Positions 63,424-64,000 of a DNA stretch of 64,000 nt are shown piece by piece. The stretch comes from Pavona decussata (lineage: Eukaryota). The DNA lies in contig CDRNST010000036.1 in assembly GCA_977016875.1 (NCBI GenBank), positions 2,604,001 through 2,668,000 on the forward strand. Direction: 5' to 3'. The position numbers and the translations under genes were made by a program. Below the pieces are notes generated by a model. The model was not told where the DNA came from, searched no databases, and saw nothing but the letters and a program-made list of their open reading frames with translations. The stretch's first letter is position 1. The number at the start of each line of letters is the position of its first letter.

Positions 63424-64000
63424 GGTTTTTATTATATAGGCTTTCCCGCTCGGTTGCTTTCTAGTCCGCGTGAAACTTGTTTATGATCAAGTTGTGCGAG
63501 AAAAAGTGAAAGGAAGCCTTCTCAATGCTGACGCGTACTCACAAACAAAAACCACGTGGAATAATTCTGATTGGCTCGCGCACGAAAAGGCGACTTTTTA
63601 TTGGTCAAGGTTTGACACGAAAGTTTGACATGTCTCGTCAATCGAAGTGAAAAAGTTCGAAAAATGAAAATTTAGCTCATTTGAGATTCCGAAGAAAATG
63701 CATTTCTTAAAAGTGTTGAATGTTTAAAAGTGTCAACTTTTGAGAAAGAGTGACTATGGAATGAATGAAAATAGATGAAATTGAAGCTTTTGTAGTCAAA
63801 CTTGCATTTCAATTGTCTTCATCGTCACTTAAAATGGCTCGGCGCTTGCCAAGCGGTGGCTGATCATGATTCGTAATCTGGATGTTAAACGAGCAGTTTT
63901 GGAAATTTGCTCCTTGAAAAATAGCCGATCCGGCTTCTTTTGTAGTCGTCATACTGGTACTTTCCACTGTAGATGTTGCCTGTGTATTGCCAACTGCTTG

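Overview
Eukaryotic, AT-rich, intron-containing DNA, most likely from a cnidarian/scleractinian coral (judged from recognisable repeat families; not provable here). No ordinary host gene is supported. The window is a stack of nested, mostly decayed transposons. The main feature is two divergent IS3EU-type DDE transposons that each carry a HECT E3 ubiquitin-ligase gene convergent with the transposase. Element 1 runs from beyond the left edge to ~15081 and is intron-rich and decayed. Element 2 (34697-42677) is complete: TAC..GTA ends, a perfect 6-bp TSD GTATGA, and an intact 426-aa transposase. In element 2 the ~400-480 bp TIRs contain a YY1-like motif, an ATG, a 64-nt CxxC-CxxC zinc-ribbon exon and a GTAAGT donor. 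Both inward-pointing genes can splice in frame from this same TIR-encoded first exon. Element 2 sits inside a Kolobok-type element (32466-46246, TTAA TSD), which splits a Penelope RT motif. Also present: two Sola3-like elements, an unclassified 8-bp-TSD element, Harbinger-like MITEs, an AcademH remnant (transposase tail plus RecQ helicase), pogo+PHD, Mutator/Kolobok-like, hAT and Transib/RAG1-like relics, a full-length Tx1/L1 retrotransposon, an OTU-repeat-zinc finger-hAT fusion relic and a ~156-bp palindrome. All family assignments come from motif recognition by eye; no searches were run.
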